64,000 bases of DNA from Camelus ferus (Eukaryota), in the NCBI RefSeq assembly GCF_009834535.1, contig NC_045708.1, positions 5,580,001-5,644,000 on the forward strand, read 5' to 3'. Shown here piece by piece: positions 26,996 through 39,985 of this stretch. Position 1 is the stretch's first letter; each line of letters starts with the position of its first letter. The notes below the pieces were generated by a model that was given only the letters and a program-made list of their open reading frames with translations, was not told the DNA's origin and did no database searches. The position numbers and the translations under genes were made by a program.

Positions 26996-28019
26996 GTTTT
27001 TTGAAAAAGCTCCTGTTTTTAGGACATTCACAAGTAAAATGATTCATTTGTGATTCATTTCAAAGCAACGAAGGCAGAAGTGCAGAGGAGAACAGACAAA
27101 TAAGGCTGCCCGTAACTTGACAGGTAGGAAAGCTGAGTGGCGAGGATAAGGGCATTTTCACCATGTTATCTTTCCCTGTTTTCACATGTTAACCTTGTAC
27201 CTAATTTAAAAATTTTAAGAAAGGAATACTGCCAATTCACAGAAAGTCCTATTTAGTGCTCCAAAACACTTCTTTTTGAAAATGAAGCATAATACATATT
27301 TAAAATATGATATACAATAAATATTTGATTTTAAATGAAAGTACACAAAAATCCAAGCATAGTAAATCTGCTCCTTTCCAAGATTTTAAGCATCTTTTAC
27401 TTAAGAACCACTCTTTCTGTTATGGCAGGGGAAAAATCTGTAAAATAAAACTAGTACAAAGATCTAAAGCAAGACACTAGAAACACACGGAGGAAGAAGA
27501 CATGGGTGGGGAAATACAGTAGCTAGAGAGAGCACGGGGGGAGGTGTCATGAGGTGGGACCAGGATGACCTGGATCCTGTGATCAAAATGTAACTTGTAG
27601 GCCTGAAGGCATGAAAAACACAGCTGAGATGTAGCAGTCAGACCCGCCTACTGGGCCACAGCAAGAGAAGGGTGCGCCTGAACAGGCAGGGGCCAAGGGG
27701 GGTCCTCCTGCAGCCTTCTTCTGCCTGTCTTAGTTACAAGCCCAGCCCTGGGACAAGAAGTATCTTCTACAAGTCAGATGCCTCTAACAGTTTCTGTGTT
27801 TTAGTTTTAATATTCCTTCACTTCTTAATTTCTTTTTCGTTACAGTTAAAACAGATTCTTAAAAATACCTATGATATGTAAGAAATGCTCAACATTTAAA
27901 CAGAAAATCCTCTATACTCTGATAAAGGAGACGCCTGGAATGCATGTCCTAGTACATGACGGCTACTGTGACTCAGGTCCAACATCCACTCCACCTCACG
28001 AGACAGTCCAAGCCCATCG

Positions 28020-28468
28020 TGCTAATAAACCCATTTTCCTCAAGTCTAGAAATGATCACATGACCCAATCCCTGGCACTGAGATGTGGGACTAATGGAGA
28101 CCTGAGAAATTTTTCCTCCTAAGAGGAAAAGAAGGATGAGCCCTTTCCTCCTTTCAACATTTGCTGTATCTGCGTTCACTGTAAGATCCACTATTACTTT
28201 ACGTGCATTTAGAAGGAAGAAATGCTACCAATTAAATAATCACACTATCGATGTCAGGTCCAGTGAAGCCTGACATCAGAGATAATAAAATGTGAAGGAA
28301 AGAAGGCAGCCCCTGGGGAGAGCTGAGCACCAAACCAGGGGAACCACAGAGAAGCAGAGCAGAGCCCTGGTCCTGCCTGACCAGGATGTAATGATATGTG
28401 AAACCATCAGCAGCCACGTTCAGCCAGAGTTTTCTGGCCCTGCCTGTCAAACATCCTAACTGACACAG
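28020..28468 (+). mobile_element. Old MLT1-like LTR
   Basis: Starts with atgatcacatgacccaatccctggc and ends with catcctaactgacaca. Confidence 0.6.
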
Positions 28469-28626
28469 AGATTAAAAAAGAGATGACAAATGTAACTAGA
28501 ATCCCTGTAAACTGAATAAAACATGGAAGGAAGGGCACAGGTCATGACACAACAAGCTTCCAACTGACAAACATCTTAACCAGTTTGACTTTTCTGAAGG
28601 GAAGTTAACAGGAAAGTACGTGGTGA

Positions 28627-29225
28627 CCCAGTGTTCATCAACAGACGGACAGATGTACAATGAATTATTCAGCCTTGAAAAGAAACTAAATTCTGCTACA
28701 TGCTACAATATGGGAGCACCTTGAAGACCTCTAGATGCATCTACTAAAAGGGCAAATGCTGTGCAATTCGACTGACACAAGGAATCTAGAATGGTCAAAT
28801 TCAGGGCCACAGAAAGTACAAGGGGGTGTTGCTAGAAAATGGGGGCAGGAAGAACGAGGAGTTCCTGTTTAATGGGTACCGAGTTTCAGTCTGGGAAGAT
28901 GAAAAAGTTCTGTAAGTGGATGGTAGTGATGGTTGCACAACAATATGAATGTACTTAATGCCACTAAACTATATATACACTTAAAAATGGTCAGAATAAC
29001 AACATTGTAAACTGACTATAACTCAATAAAATAAACAAAGGGCAATGTAAAACAATTTTTAATATTATATAATGCCAATGAAACATGAAATCTCATTAAT
29101 ACAGTTCTAGAAATATTTTAAGAATAAGCTCTTGTTCAAAAGACTAAATAAAGCTTCAAAGATTTTTAAAAAGCGGTCAGAATAGTCAATTTTATGTTAT
29201 ATATATTTTACCACAGTTTTTAAAA
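28627..29225 (+). mobile_element. L1MB-like 3' end interrupted by a younger insertion at 28999-29167
   Basis: tttaatgggtaccgagtttcagtctgggaagatgaaaaagttctg...gatggttgcacaacaatatgaatgtacttaatgccact...ttttatgttatatatattttaccaca. Confidence 0.85.
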
Positions 29226-29379
29226 ATACATGGTAATCTAAAAAAAATTAAATCTCTACATTTACATAAAATTCTCAGCAGCATAACAACAGTTCTAAGT
29301 TGCTGCTCAACAGAATAAAGGGCCAGTTGAATATTAACAAATAAAAACCTACTGAAGAAGCTACTGAAATTTGCTTTAC

Positions 29380-29428
29380 CTGATGGCTAGGACCAACACG
29401 AATTTCTCCTTGGGTACTGTTCAGCCTC
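29380..29428 (-). CDS. RERE: RERE internal coding exon (49 nt, phase 2-0), BAH/ELM2 junction
   Basis: Acceptor cag|G, donor CAG|gtaaag; translates (R)RLNSTQGEIRVGPSHQ in frame with its neighbours. Confidence 0.97.
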
Positions 29429-29837
29429 CTGTCATGAAAAGAACAGATCAGGTTAGCACAATATAGTTTTGATGTAAACAGTCACACGTTTTTCAAAGAA
29501 AATAAATCACTTGAAACACATGAGGGGTAACTCAGGAAGAATGAACTTTTCCACTACTTCTAATGTTGCCCTGGACATGTGTAACCCCCAGCAACACCCC
29601 CCCCACACACACACACAGAGCGCTAAAACCTTTTCCTTCTAAAAAGCCCTTCACTGTAGCTTCCTGGCTTGAGTACCTACACCATCATTATCTGACACCT
29701 CAGAAGAGATGAACAATCCTATAGCACAACCCCAATACATGTTCCTTTCTTTCGAAACATTTCAGGGTGCCCTACACTATAAATCTTATTAAAATATAAA
29801 CAAGATAGCTTACAATTCCTAGCACACACACTGGGTC

Positions 29838-30150
29838 GGTCATTCATTCATTCATTCAACAAATATTTATTAAGTACCTACTATCAGCCAGGAACTGCCC
29901 TAGGTGAAGATAAAGCAATGGAACAAAAACAACATTCCTGCCTTACTGCAATTTTTATTCTAATTTGAGTAAAACACAAAGAAACAAACAATAGCTCAGA
30001 TGATGATAAGGACCAAGGAATTAAAGAGACAGTAAATGATGAAACACTTTTACAGCTCTTTATACAGGAGGGTCAGAAGAGGCCTTATTAATGAAGTGGA
30101 ACTTGGGCAGAGGTGTAATGGAGGTGAGGGGGTGAGCCCGGCAGGCTCGG
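29838..30150 (-). mobile_element. L2 3' end
   Basis: tcattcattcattcaacaaatatttattaagtacctactatcagccaggaactgccctagg. Confidence 0.85.
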
Positions 30151-31231
30151 CAGCGAAAGACCTGTCTCACTGCTGCGTCACTCCTGCCGCACCTGCAATA
30201 CTCACTCCTCCTTGTTCCAGATCCAAACTGCCCGGTTCCTTCTAAAAACCACTGTTTCACTGAAGCTTTTCTTGATCTCCTCCCCGTGCCACCTCACACA
30301 CCCCCGTAAGTGCGGGGTGCCTTCCTCTTTTCACTCCTTCAGGGAATATGCATTGAATGCCTTTTCACCCCAGGCCTCGCACAGGGCACGCAGTGGGCAC
30401 ACGTGTTGGACAAAGAAACACAGCCCCCAGCCTCCCAGAGCTCAGTTCCCAGAGTTCCCTGTTCCCCTCAACTTTCAATCTCGACTGTCTGTGGGCTATC
30501 TTAGGAAAACCCTTTCCGTGCCCAGTGACAAGCCTTTACTGTGTTTTGCAATCACCTCTGAATTTCCACTACTGCTGAAGAGCAGGCTTTCACACAGCGA
30601 GGGCTGCTCAGTGATGATCTGGTGACTTGGACTGAGCTGAAGAGCATAATAAGGCAGCAAAGACAAAGAGGAAGCAGTCTCTCGTTTCTCTCCCATGGAT
30701 CTGATACCCTCCACCATTAGTTTTGAAGCCGTTAAAAGAGTTTTGGTAAACTATTATTTCCTTCAGGTCCAACACTTTCTTCTTTAAACCTGACAGTTTT
30801 TCTTATGAAGAGTCTAATTTTGGAATAGTGGGCAGCAGATCTGATAAAGGAAGAGAGAGACTAACAGAAAGAAAATGGGCTAATCCTTAAGAAGCTTACA
30901 ATCCATCTACCTGGGGAGGGAGCATCCATGCCCCAAACACCAGAACAGGTCCAGTCACTGCATTCACAAGCACAAAACATTTCAGGAAAAGCAGGGCACA
31001 AAAATGCTAAGGGGAGGGATCAAAATTAGGCAGGTTTCAAAAGGAGACAGTCTATGAAGTTCCAAAGAGACCCCTCAAGGGGATAAGGAGCAAAACTGCA
31101 GGGGTTTCCCAAGAGCAACTAAAACCCTGAGACAGACACTAAAAAAGAGAGACTGTGGTGGAAGAAAAGCTTGTGCTAAGTGCTGATTTCAACATACAAG
31201 CCGTCTTCGTTTCTTTATTTAAAAAAAAAAA

Positions 31232-31362
31232 AAACTTTTTTAACTTGGGGGGTAATTCAGTTTATTTACTTATTTATTTTTAGAGGAGGCACTGGGGACT
31301 GAACCCAGGACCTCGCGCATGCTGAGCGTGCGTGCGCTCTACCACTTGAGCGCTCCCCACCC
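31232..31362 (-). mobile_element. Vic-1-type SINE, CpG-rich copy
   Basis: Reverse complement reads gctcaagtggtagagcgcacgcacgctcagcatgcgcgaggtcctgggttcagtccccagtgcctcc plus aataaa/aattacccccc tail. Confidence 0.9.
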
Positions 31363-32344
31363 ACGTCCGTGTCTTCGTTTCTTTAGCAGGGGGACGGCAT
31401 GTTGAAATGCAGAAGCTAGAAGTGGGGCTGGAGTTCCAGAAGGTTTGTGCAGCAATCACGAGAAGCTGTTTTAGGAGGGATGTAGAGGAATCCAACAAGC
31501 CAGGAGGCTATTTTAATCCGAGCACTTCTTTAAAAAAACAAGCAGCCAGTGTTACCAACCATTTCCCTTCCAACTTGTCCCTTTCTGTTTCGTAACTAGC
31601 TATGAGCAAAAACTAGCTGCCAAAAGCTCTCTCCTTTATTTCTAAATACTTTCCAAACGCTTGCCTGCCTACAAGTAGGTCGAGCCAAAATGTATCATCT
31701 CAGAAAGCTTCAGCCACAGCCTGTCCAGTAACTTGTACCACAGCTCAACTTTCAGGTTCTTCTAGAAGATCTATGTCCTGCCAAGGTTCTCAAGTGGTTG
31801 GTTATGAAAGCCTTTCCCCGTCACTGCTACATACACTGCAAAGTCCTTGATAACAGCAGGACAAACATCCTTGGTTCATTTTAATTTTATTTCTCTTTTT
31901 TATTTTTTTGCATGGGTTTGTTTTTATTTCTTTTGTTTTCTTTTAATATTTTAGTAAGCCAATATTATCACATTTAGCTCAAAATTATGCCACAATACAA
32001 AAAACAACCTCTCAAAATATCTTATTGAATAGAACTGCTTATACCCCACTTATTTTGTGCAAAAAATAGGAGGCTAATAATTATTAATGCCACTAGTAAC
32101 GATACAAGTGAGACAAAAATGTGCTGGGGTATCTTAAGAGCCTAAATTAGAAATCTGTTTCTTTTACATTTATGTCAATGAAAGGTACTAATAAGTGCCT
32201 TTATTAGTGAGTAGATTGAAAAGGACAAAATAAAACAAAGAACCTTTTAAAATTAAAAATCAGTTCTTACCATAAAAGTATTTATCATACGTAATTTTTA
32301 AATATTAGGGTTTCATAGCAAGAGATACAACAGAATTTTTAAAA

Positions 32345-32494
32345 TATTTTATTTATTTATGTTTGTTTTGTTTTGGGGGGGTAATTAGGTTTATTTATTT
32401 ACTTATTTATTTTAATGGAGGTACTGGGGATTGAACCCAGGACCTCATGCATGCTAAGCACACACTCCACCACTGAGCTATATACCCTTTCTCC
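32345..32494 (-). mobile_element. Vic-1-type SINE
   Basis: Reverse complement reads atagctcagtggtggagtgtgtgcttagcatgcatgaggtcctgggttcaatccccagtacctcca plus tail; head resembles tRNA-Ala(AGC). Confidence 0.92.
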
Positions 32495-33152
32495 TCAACA
32501 AAGTTATTTTTGAAAAGGATTAAGATCCAAGGTAAGCAGCCAACGGCATTAGCCTACCATACCCAGGAACTCCCTCTCAAATACAGAATAAATGGCAGAA
32601 ATACTTTTTAGGTCCAAGATAAAAAGAGGTAGGTAGCAACACACCCCATTAGAGAAAACTGGACACCTCTGACAGAAAAACTATCAGAATATGAACTAAA
32701 GATGAAAAACAAAAAGTAGGCTTCATGGGAAATTGCCAGTAACCAGCAATGTCTAGAATTCAGCGAACAATTACAATCCTGTCTTCTTTTGACAGCATCC
32801 AAACTCTAAATGTTCCTCCCCTGCCGCCACCCTCGCCCCTTCTGTGGTTCCTACCTCACTATTAGAGGGCAGCATCTCCTACCTCCATCCACTCTGGGAC
32901 TCCGGGCTTCTGGATCAGAGACTGAGATTTAACTCACTCTATATCCCCCAGAACCCAACCTAGTACCTGCCGAACGGTATTACTCCCTCAGAACAAACCG
33001 AAAACCTGGCTGTATGAATATTTCTCGACTACGAAGATGTAAAACTTGACAAAAATCAACAGGAATTATTTTTTAAATGCAGTATCAACAGCTTATAGAA
33101 AACACTGTTAACCATCATATGCTGACCACTACATTCTTCTTTCTATTTAACA

Positions 33153-34116
33153 CAGCATTTCTCAAGCTTTTTGGTCTCAAAACCCCTTTACACCCTTTTA
33201 AACTATTGAGCATCCCAAGAAAGCTGTATTTTTGAGGAAGTCCGAAAACTTATTTATTTATTTATTTACTTATTTAAAAATAGCGATAGGTTCATTACAT
33301 AATAAAATATACTCATGAAAAGTAATTGTATTTAAATTCAAAAACCAGTGAAAATAGAGGCTCTGTTTTACATTTTTGCAAATCTATGAAAAAATCTAGC
33401 CTCACACATCTGTATAACTGGGAAATTAAAGGATATTTGAAGTTTTTTTTGATAATTATGAATATTCTTTTTGATACTATACCAAAACTCAACACATGAT
33501 TGTTTCTTAAATTTTTCTCCACAATATGAATCTAAAATCTTATCAGTGATCTTCTGGACTCTTTTATATTAAAATCTATTGGTCTGTCTTGGCCTTTGGA
33601 TGGATCTTCCACCCATGATTCTGTCATGCATTGGTTGGATGAAAAATACTAGTTCACTAAGTTTTGCAGATCTTCCAAAACATTAACACAGTCAATTATA
33701 CAATTTTTTAAAGTCATATTCATTAATATCACCAAACATCTTGTAAGAAAAGCCTGTTAAGTGTACCGAAGCTGTCAAGCTCAGAGCAGTGGGTACAAGT
33801 CTTTCAAGATTCTAATTATTATTTTAAAGCCCTCATCTTGCATTGGCAAAATACTATCAGTTGTTTCCTTCCCTTCATTCATTTTCAAGATAATGTCTGC
33901 CAGTCAGCCACGCAAATGAGCACAGTTTGTCAGTTATTCTTTTAAATTAAAATGGTGTTCCATGAAAGAAGTGGCCAGTTAAGCTTCTGACTCAAACAAG
34001 CATTGCGCATCCCTGGGTGTGTGCGTCTGGAGGTCTTCCATGGTGCTTCCCATTTCATCATAAAGAATATTACAGAGACAGAAACTCAAGGGTCAGAATT
34101 TGACAAAATTAATAAT
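33153..34116. mobile_element. Charlie1-type hAT DNA transposon fossil
   Basis: Begins cagcatttctcaagctttttggtctcaaaacccctttacac; internal gatactataccaaaactcaacac, gaagctgtcaagctcagagcagtgggtacaag and aaaatggtgttccatgaaa match the recalled Charlie1a consensus. Confidence 0.85.
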
Positions 34117-35169
34117 GGGGCCCACAACCCAGCTCTGAGAAGCACTGATTATGATACATTCTGAGCTTCAGAAAATACTGGCACTAACTAACTATGATGA
34201 TTTATTGCCTCCTGTTGTGTATTACTTGTTCCCCTACTCTATCTACACACACGTCTTCCTCACTCTAGCTCATCAACGTGAAATATGAGACCTTCTACTT
34301 CTGTTGAAAAATAGAGACATTCACGCATGTAACCTGCTTAAGAACTATGACCCTGTTACACAGGGATGTTCACAAGAAGAGAACAGACACTGACTGCATC
34401 CACATTAATGGAAAGCAAAGTGAAGTCTGGAGCCACTTTCTGAAGTCACGAGGACTGGGATTAACTTGGGGGTCACTGTCCAATAAATGTTCATTGGACT
34501 AAAGTTTTTTAAATATTGGAGGCTAAAATTCAAAAGGCCCTAACCTAGAAAATGCCAGGTTAATCCTTCAACTAGTAACAAAGGCTAACATTTAAGTACT
34601 TTCTGTCTATTCTAGGTCCTCTACAGTATTATCTCATTTCTATGTATTAATTCATTTAATTCATATTTTGATATTAATGAGCACACCAGTAGTGTTACTC
34701 ATAGAAATTCAGATCTTATTCTATTTTGAGTTTAAAAAACATAGCTATTAAAGAGATTTCTGCTTGATGTACACCATTCCTTAATTAACACAGTAAGTCT
34801 GGACAAAGCCAGGGAGGCCATTAATTAAGGAAGGAAAATCCAGGCGAAGGACAGTATAAATCCCAGCAAGGTCAGATACAGGATACTACATATGAAATAA
34901 GAAGCCAAAGATGGAAATCATACCCCAGGATAATGCAAGACATATCTATGTACATCTTTATTCTCACCTCAGGGTTTCCACCTACTTATCTTAAATTCAG
35001 TTATCTCATAGTTGTATGACAAACACAAGCAAAATAATAATACTAGTTTTCATTTATTAGGTGCTCTCTATGCCACGTGTAATTATTTATTTATTCCCAT
35101 GACACTCTATGAGGCAGAATCTACACTTTATAGATAATATTAACAGCAGTATTTGTAACCTTGATAAAG

Positions 35170-35415
35170 AAACTAATGTACACACTGAACATTTACTACG
35201 TACCAGGCATTTTGAGCTGAGCAAATTCCAAGCATGTTCTTATCTAATCTTAAGGATGACCTGTAAGGTAGCTGCTGTTATTATCTACCCAGATAAGGAA
35301 ACTGAAGCTAAGAGAGGTTATGAAATTGCCTAAGATTACACAGCTAACAGGATGGAAAAACCAGGATTCAAACTCAAGTTTAGCTGACTCCAAAGTCAGA
35401 GCTCCTAACCACACT
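35170..35415 (-). mobile_element. MIR SINE
   Basis: cagataaggaaactgaagctaagagaggttatgaaattgcctaagattacacagcta...ccaggattcaaactcaag. Confidence 0.85.
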
Positions 35416-35616
35416 CCCATACGGCAGTGATTAAGTTACCGAACCAAAATTACACAAATAATTATAAACAAAAACACTACAAGAAGCCATATCCTTTCCC
35501 TAATTCAGCTCTATGTTCATTTCTAACATCGAAGCAAGAGAAAATAATCAAAAAGTTATTTTTAAGTTTGAAAATCATGTTAAAAGAGAAAACTGATTAA
35601 GTAACAAGTTCATACA

Positions 35617-35797
35617 CAGAGAACTATATTCAGTATCTTGTAGTAACTTATGGTGAAAAACAATATGAAAACAAGTATATGTATGTTCATGTATGACTGA
35701 AGCATTATGCTGTACACCAGAAATTGACACAACATTGTAAACGGACTTCAATAAAAAAAAATATAAAAAGTATATATATATAAAAGTATAAGTAAAC

Positions 35798-35828
<31 letters not shown>

Positions 35829-35830
35829 TA
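35617..35830 (+). mobile_element. 5'-truncated camelid-type L1 3' end with an A/TA-rich tail
   Basis: gaactatattcagtatcttgtagtaacttatggtgaaaaa...tgtacaccagaaattgacacaacattgtaaac...aataaa. Confidence 0.85.
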
Positions 35831-36718
35831 AAAACTCTCCTATCAAAGTTAATGGCCAATTGTCAAAATGAGAAAATTACAGAGGTGGAGAACGAATTAC
35901 TAGCCACCTGATGTTAGGGATGGTGGGGGAAGCAGGGAGGGAATTGAATTTTAGTGATGATGGAATCGATCTTGATTATGATGGTTACACAAAGCTGCAC
36001 TTGTGAGGAAATGGCACAGAACTATATACACACTGTACTAATGTCCCAACTCCGGGCTCTGATGCTGCACTGGAGTTCTATACAATGTGCCTACTGGGAG
36101 TAGGAAGGTACATGGAGCATTCTGTAGTATCTTCCAACTTTCTATGAATCTAAAAAAATTAAGTCAAAAGAAGAGGTTAGTTGAGTTATGTATTACAGAC
36201 ACACTGAGGATAAGAAAGAAAGCCAAACACGAGAAAAGCTGATTAAACGACAAATAGATTCCTTTGATATATACTGCAAACAGCTGAACTAAGTAGCTGA
36301 AGAAATAACACCACAGTTAATGAGCAATGAAATTGAAGGAATTAACTCAAGTCACATATTTCTCTTTTTCCTGTACTTACTGGGGATCTCTGGTGTGGGG
36401 TCATCCTTTTTGGGATGGCCTTAGCTGTGAATCATAGTATCAAAAGCAAAACAAAACAAAACAAACAAAAAAAACCCACCCTCACCAGCAAAGAAGAATT
36501 TCTCTGTGCAGCTAATGTAAGTAATAATTTTTTTAAAACAGCTGAGTTTAATCCCCATTATTCTACAAATCTTTGCTCTGGAATCTGAAAAAATAGTTCC
36601 GGAGCCAAATTACAACAATAATGTAAGTTACTGTGTTTATTCCTTGAGCTAAAAAAAAAAATAAAGAAATTCATTGTATATGAAATCTGATACAAAAGAA
36701 ACCGATGTAACAAAGCAG

Positions 36719-36882
36719 NNNNNNNNNNNNNNNNNNNNNNNNNNNNNNNNNNNNNNNNNNNNNNNNNNNNNNNNNNNNNNNNNNNNNNNNNNNNNNNNNN
36801 NNNNNNNNNNNNNNNNNNNNNNNNNNNNNNNNNNNNNNNNNNNNNNNNNNNNNNNNNNNNNNNNNNNNNNNNNNNNNNNNNN
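36719..36882. other. Assembly gap (164 N)
   Basis: Run of N. Confidence 1.
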
Positions 36883-38879
36883 ATATCAAAAAGGGAGAAA
36901 GCCTCTATGCAAAGCAGACGAGGCAGCGGTGGGCCGGACGCAGGAGGCTTTGCCCAGGAAAGAGGCGCCCCTCCCCAGATCAGACCACTTCTGCACCAGA
37001 AAAGAGGCGACGGTGTGTGGGAGGCAAGGGTCTGTTCGCTCAAGACACCCAAACATCTCTACGTGACCATGGTGACTGCTTATGACAAAGGGTCCTGGGG
37101 AGAAGACAAGATGGTAGAACAGAGGCCTTTTACAGGCAGCTGGCTTCTCAACATAATCCACGCCCAGAAGGTAACAGCAGTGTGGCCCCTGGCCCATTCC
37201 CCTAAAGGCTGGGACCGGTTACTCTCAAATCAGACCCCTGATCTGTGGCTGGTGTTGAGTGTGAATGAAATCACCGTGCAGTCTTCCTTTACCTGTTTCT
37301 TCAGATTGCAAGGCTCAAACAGTAGATCATTCTTATCTTTTCTATAGGGTGTCAAGTTGAGCAGGAAGACTGACATGAAATCAATACAAAGAAGACTCTA
37401 GAAACCCTACATACTAGCTCATTCAGAAAATGACCACAGAAACTGACTGTGGGTCCAGAATGAGATACACCAAATTTTAGGAAAATCAAAAGGCAGGAAT
37501 GAGAATGAGGCTAATAAGAAGCAAGCCTAGAACGGCAGGCTGGGTGTCTCAGGTTTCTCCAGGATGAACACGTGTTTCTAAAGCAGTCTTCTCAAAAGTC
37601 TGAAATTTCTCTGAAGTCTGACATAGCTTCTTAAAAATCCATGTAAATTTTGTATTCTATTCCATAACAAACTCCCATTCATTTTAAGATAGAAAAAGAA
37701 AATTTCCCTAAATCTGAGTAAAGTCACTGTGTTCTGTGTACCCTCAGGATGTCCCACCGCCTGGAGTGAGGCGTTGGTACACACACCTGCGTCTAGATGC
37801 TCAGGTGCAGGGGACCGGCACAGACTTCAGAGTGTAATGGACCTGGATTACAATTTCAGTACCAAGGTTCTGTTAGCTCTCAGTGTGATCTCGAGGACAC
37901 AATTCAGTCTCTCAGAGCCCATCTATAAAACCAAGTTCATAAGACAGCAAGACTGCTATAAAAATAAAAGACGACCTACGGGAAGAAGTAGGCACAATGC
38001 CTGCTGCTAGGCCGTCATTACTATTATTAACTCTGAGCACTGGCAACAGAGAGAAGAGGACATAATTCCTCGCTTATGAGATCCCAGCACCACCTACCTC
38101 CCCTTTAGCCTCTTAACCACAGCCGTGACCTTAATTTAATTTGTGTAATTATCCTGACTGAAAGCACCATGTAGGCAGGAACCAAGTGTAATTTCAGCTC
38201 ACCGTTTCATCCCAGAGCCCACTGCCACTCACCAAATCCATTATATATGAATAAACGACTCCAATATTTTAACTCAACTGTTGTTTAGCCATAAATAGCA
38301 ACCAAGTGCTTTACTGCAGAATTAAGTCAAGTCACGTGTGACAGAAGGCTGGCCCCCTCCAAGCAAAAGTGATCTGAAACAGAATTGATAAAATGCCCAG
38401 GAGGAGTAAAACTCAGTATTCATTCAAAATGAAAGAAAAAGATGATCAGTCAACATTTGAAAGAGTTAATGTTCCAAATTCACACGCCAATGCCAAGGTC
38501 AAGACAGGAACTCTTTAAAATCCAGAACCATATATTTTAAGTTTTCTCTGATGAAAGGTTCCTTAGAGGCCGTCTGACTCCAGTCTTCTAGCTTGACAGA
38601 AGACATCAAAGCCCGTGGGGATAAAGGTGTTCATTTGAGGGGTTACAGTGAATTAATTACAGAGGATCCTCAACCCCTCTCCTTTCAGAGTCCCCGTGAA
38701 TATAATTCAGAGTCCAGAACCAAGAATCCAGGCATTGGCTAAGGAATGAGAATTTCCATGCTGACGATAAGATGCAGTAAAAATGGCCTCTACAAAATAA
38801 GATGTAACATCAGAAAGAAAACTGGCCAAATCATTTTTTTTAAATAACATGTGAGAAAGGATTCCATTTCAAAGCACTA

Positions 38880-39250
38880 CAGTGACCTTGCGCCACTGTC
38901 CAAAGTTCTTATTTGCCCACACTCTCCCCCATTAGGTAGTAACGCGCAGCGCATCAGCCCAGGGCACACACCTCCGGCCCACAGCAGGCTCCTCACTGGC
39001 TTACAGTCATCACCTGCTGCAAAGAAGGAAACGGCTGCCAGGACCGCACCCAACACCAAGCTGCGTGCACATGCACGCTCACGCACACACACAAAGACTT
39101 CAGAAAACAAATTTATTTTTAAAATCCCACCGGAATTTATAAAGCAGCAGGATTCAAAGATAAAGCCAATCTCCTTATCAAAAATGTTGCTGGCTTTCTG
39201 CACTGAAATCAAACTTTATAATAAACAGGAATGGAGTGTCCCCAGAAAAA
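38880..39250 (-). promoter_or_regulatory. Second repeat-free, CpG-enriched candidate promoter/enhancer
   Basis: GATA sites (39158-39163, 39175-39180), CCAAT (39166-39170), TTTATAAA (39136-39143), CpG-rich GCGC/CACG stretches at 38940-39085. Confidence 0.4.
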
Positions 39251-39774
39251 GAGGGATTTTGGACCAAGCAAGTACGTCTACAATGCGTGTCTAAATGTCT
39301 CTCTGTTCCCACAGGGAAGTCTCTGGGAAACGCTATTTAAAAAAATAGGACCATCACCTTATTCCTCTTCAGTGCAGTGGTGTGAATATGGGGGGCAGGG
39401 AGGTGAGGGGAGAGGAGGTGGTGGAAATGGTGGTGGCGACACGAGCATTAACACACACACACACCGTGCCCGCTATAGGAGATAAACGCATAAGAAGAGA
39501 GTAACGTTTGATGCTGCGCACACCAAATGTTACATGATGTGGAAGTAGAGCTTTTTTAAAAAAAATTCAAGTGTAAAGAAAAATGTAAACACCCAAAGAG
39601 CAGCCAAAAAAATGGTGGCTAAGCCACTGATCATTAATTTAATTACCATAATTCCTAACACAATTCCTAAGACTGTCATAGTTGAATAGGGCTGACCAAA
39701 AAATACAGACATTGTTATAACTTTACCTACATAAGATCATAGATTTGGACTTTGAATTAATAACAGTAATACGT

Positions 39775-39985
39775 GAGCAACTATGTGCCAAGCACTTTCA
39801 CACTGTTTCCTTCCAATCTTTTTAACTGTGAGAAATATTTAACCCCATACGACCCACAAGAAAACAGAGGTTCAGAGGAGGGAAGGAACTTACCCAATGG
39901 CACGGCTTGTCCAAGGCACTCATCAAGTGGAATCTGAACCACATCATCTAGCTCCAAGTCCACTCTCCTCTCTTACCATAGATGC
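39775..39985 (-). mobile_element. MIR SINE
   Basis: tatgtgccaagcactttcac...aaaacagaggttcagaggagggaaggaacttacccaa. Confidence 0.75.

Noticed and set aside
28250-28277. 9-bp inverted repeat hairpin (gatgtcagg / cctgacatc)
   Set aside because: Short stems like this are expected by chance, and it lacks the length of a pre-miRNA.
36886-37347. Overlapping 103-146-aa ORFs next to the N gap
   Set aside because: No recognisable homology; GC-rich intronic sequence produces ORFs on both strands.
39315-39402. Plus-strand acceptor/donor pair suggesting an antisense exon
   Set aside because: The nearest upstream donor gives a 43-nt intron, too short; no other evidence for an antisense transcript.
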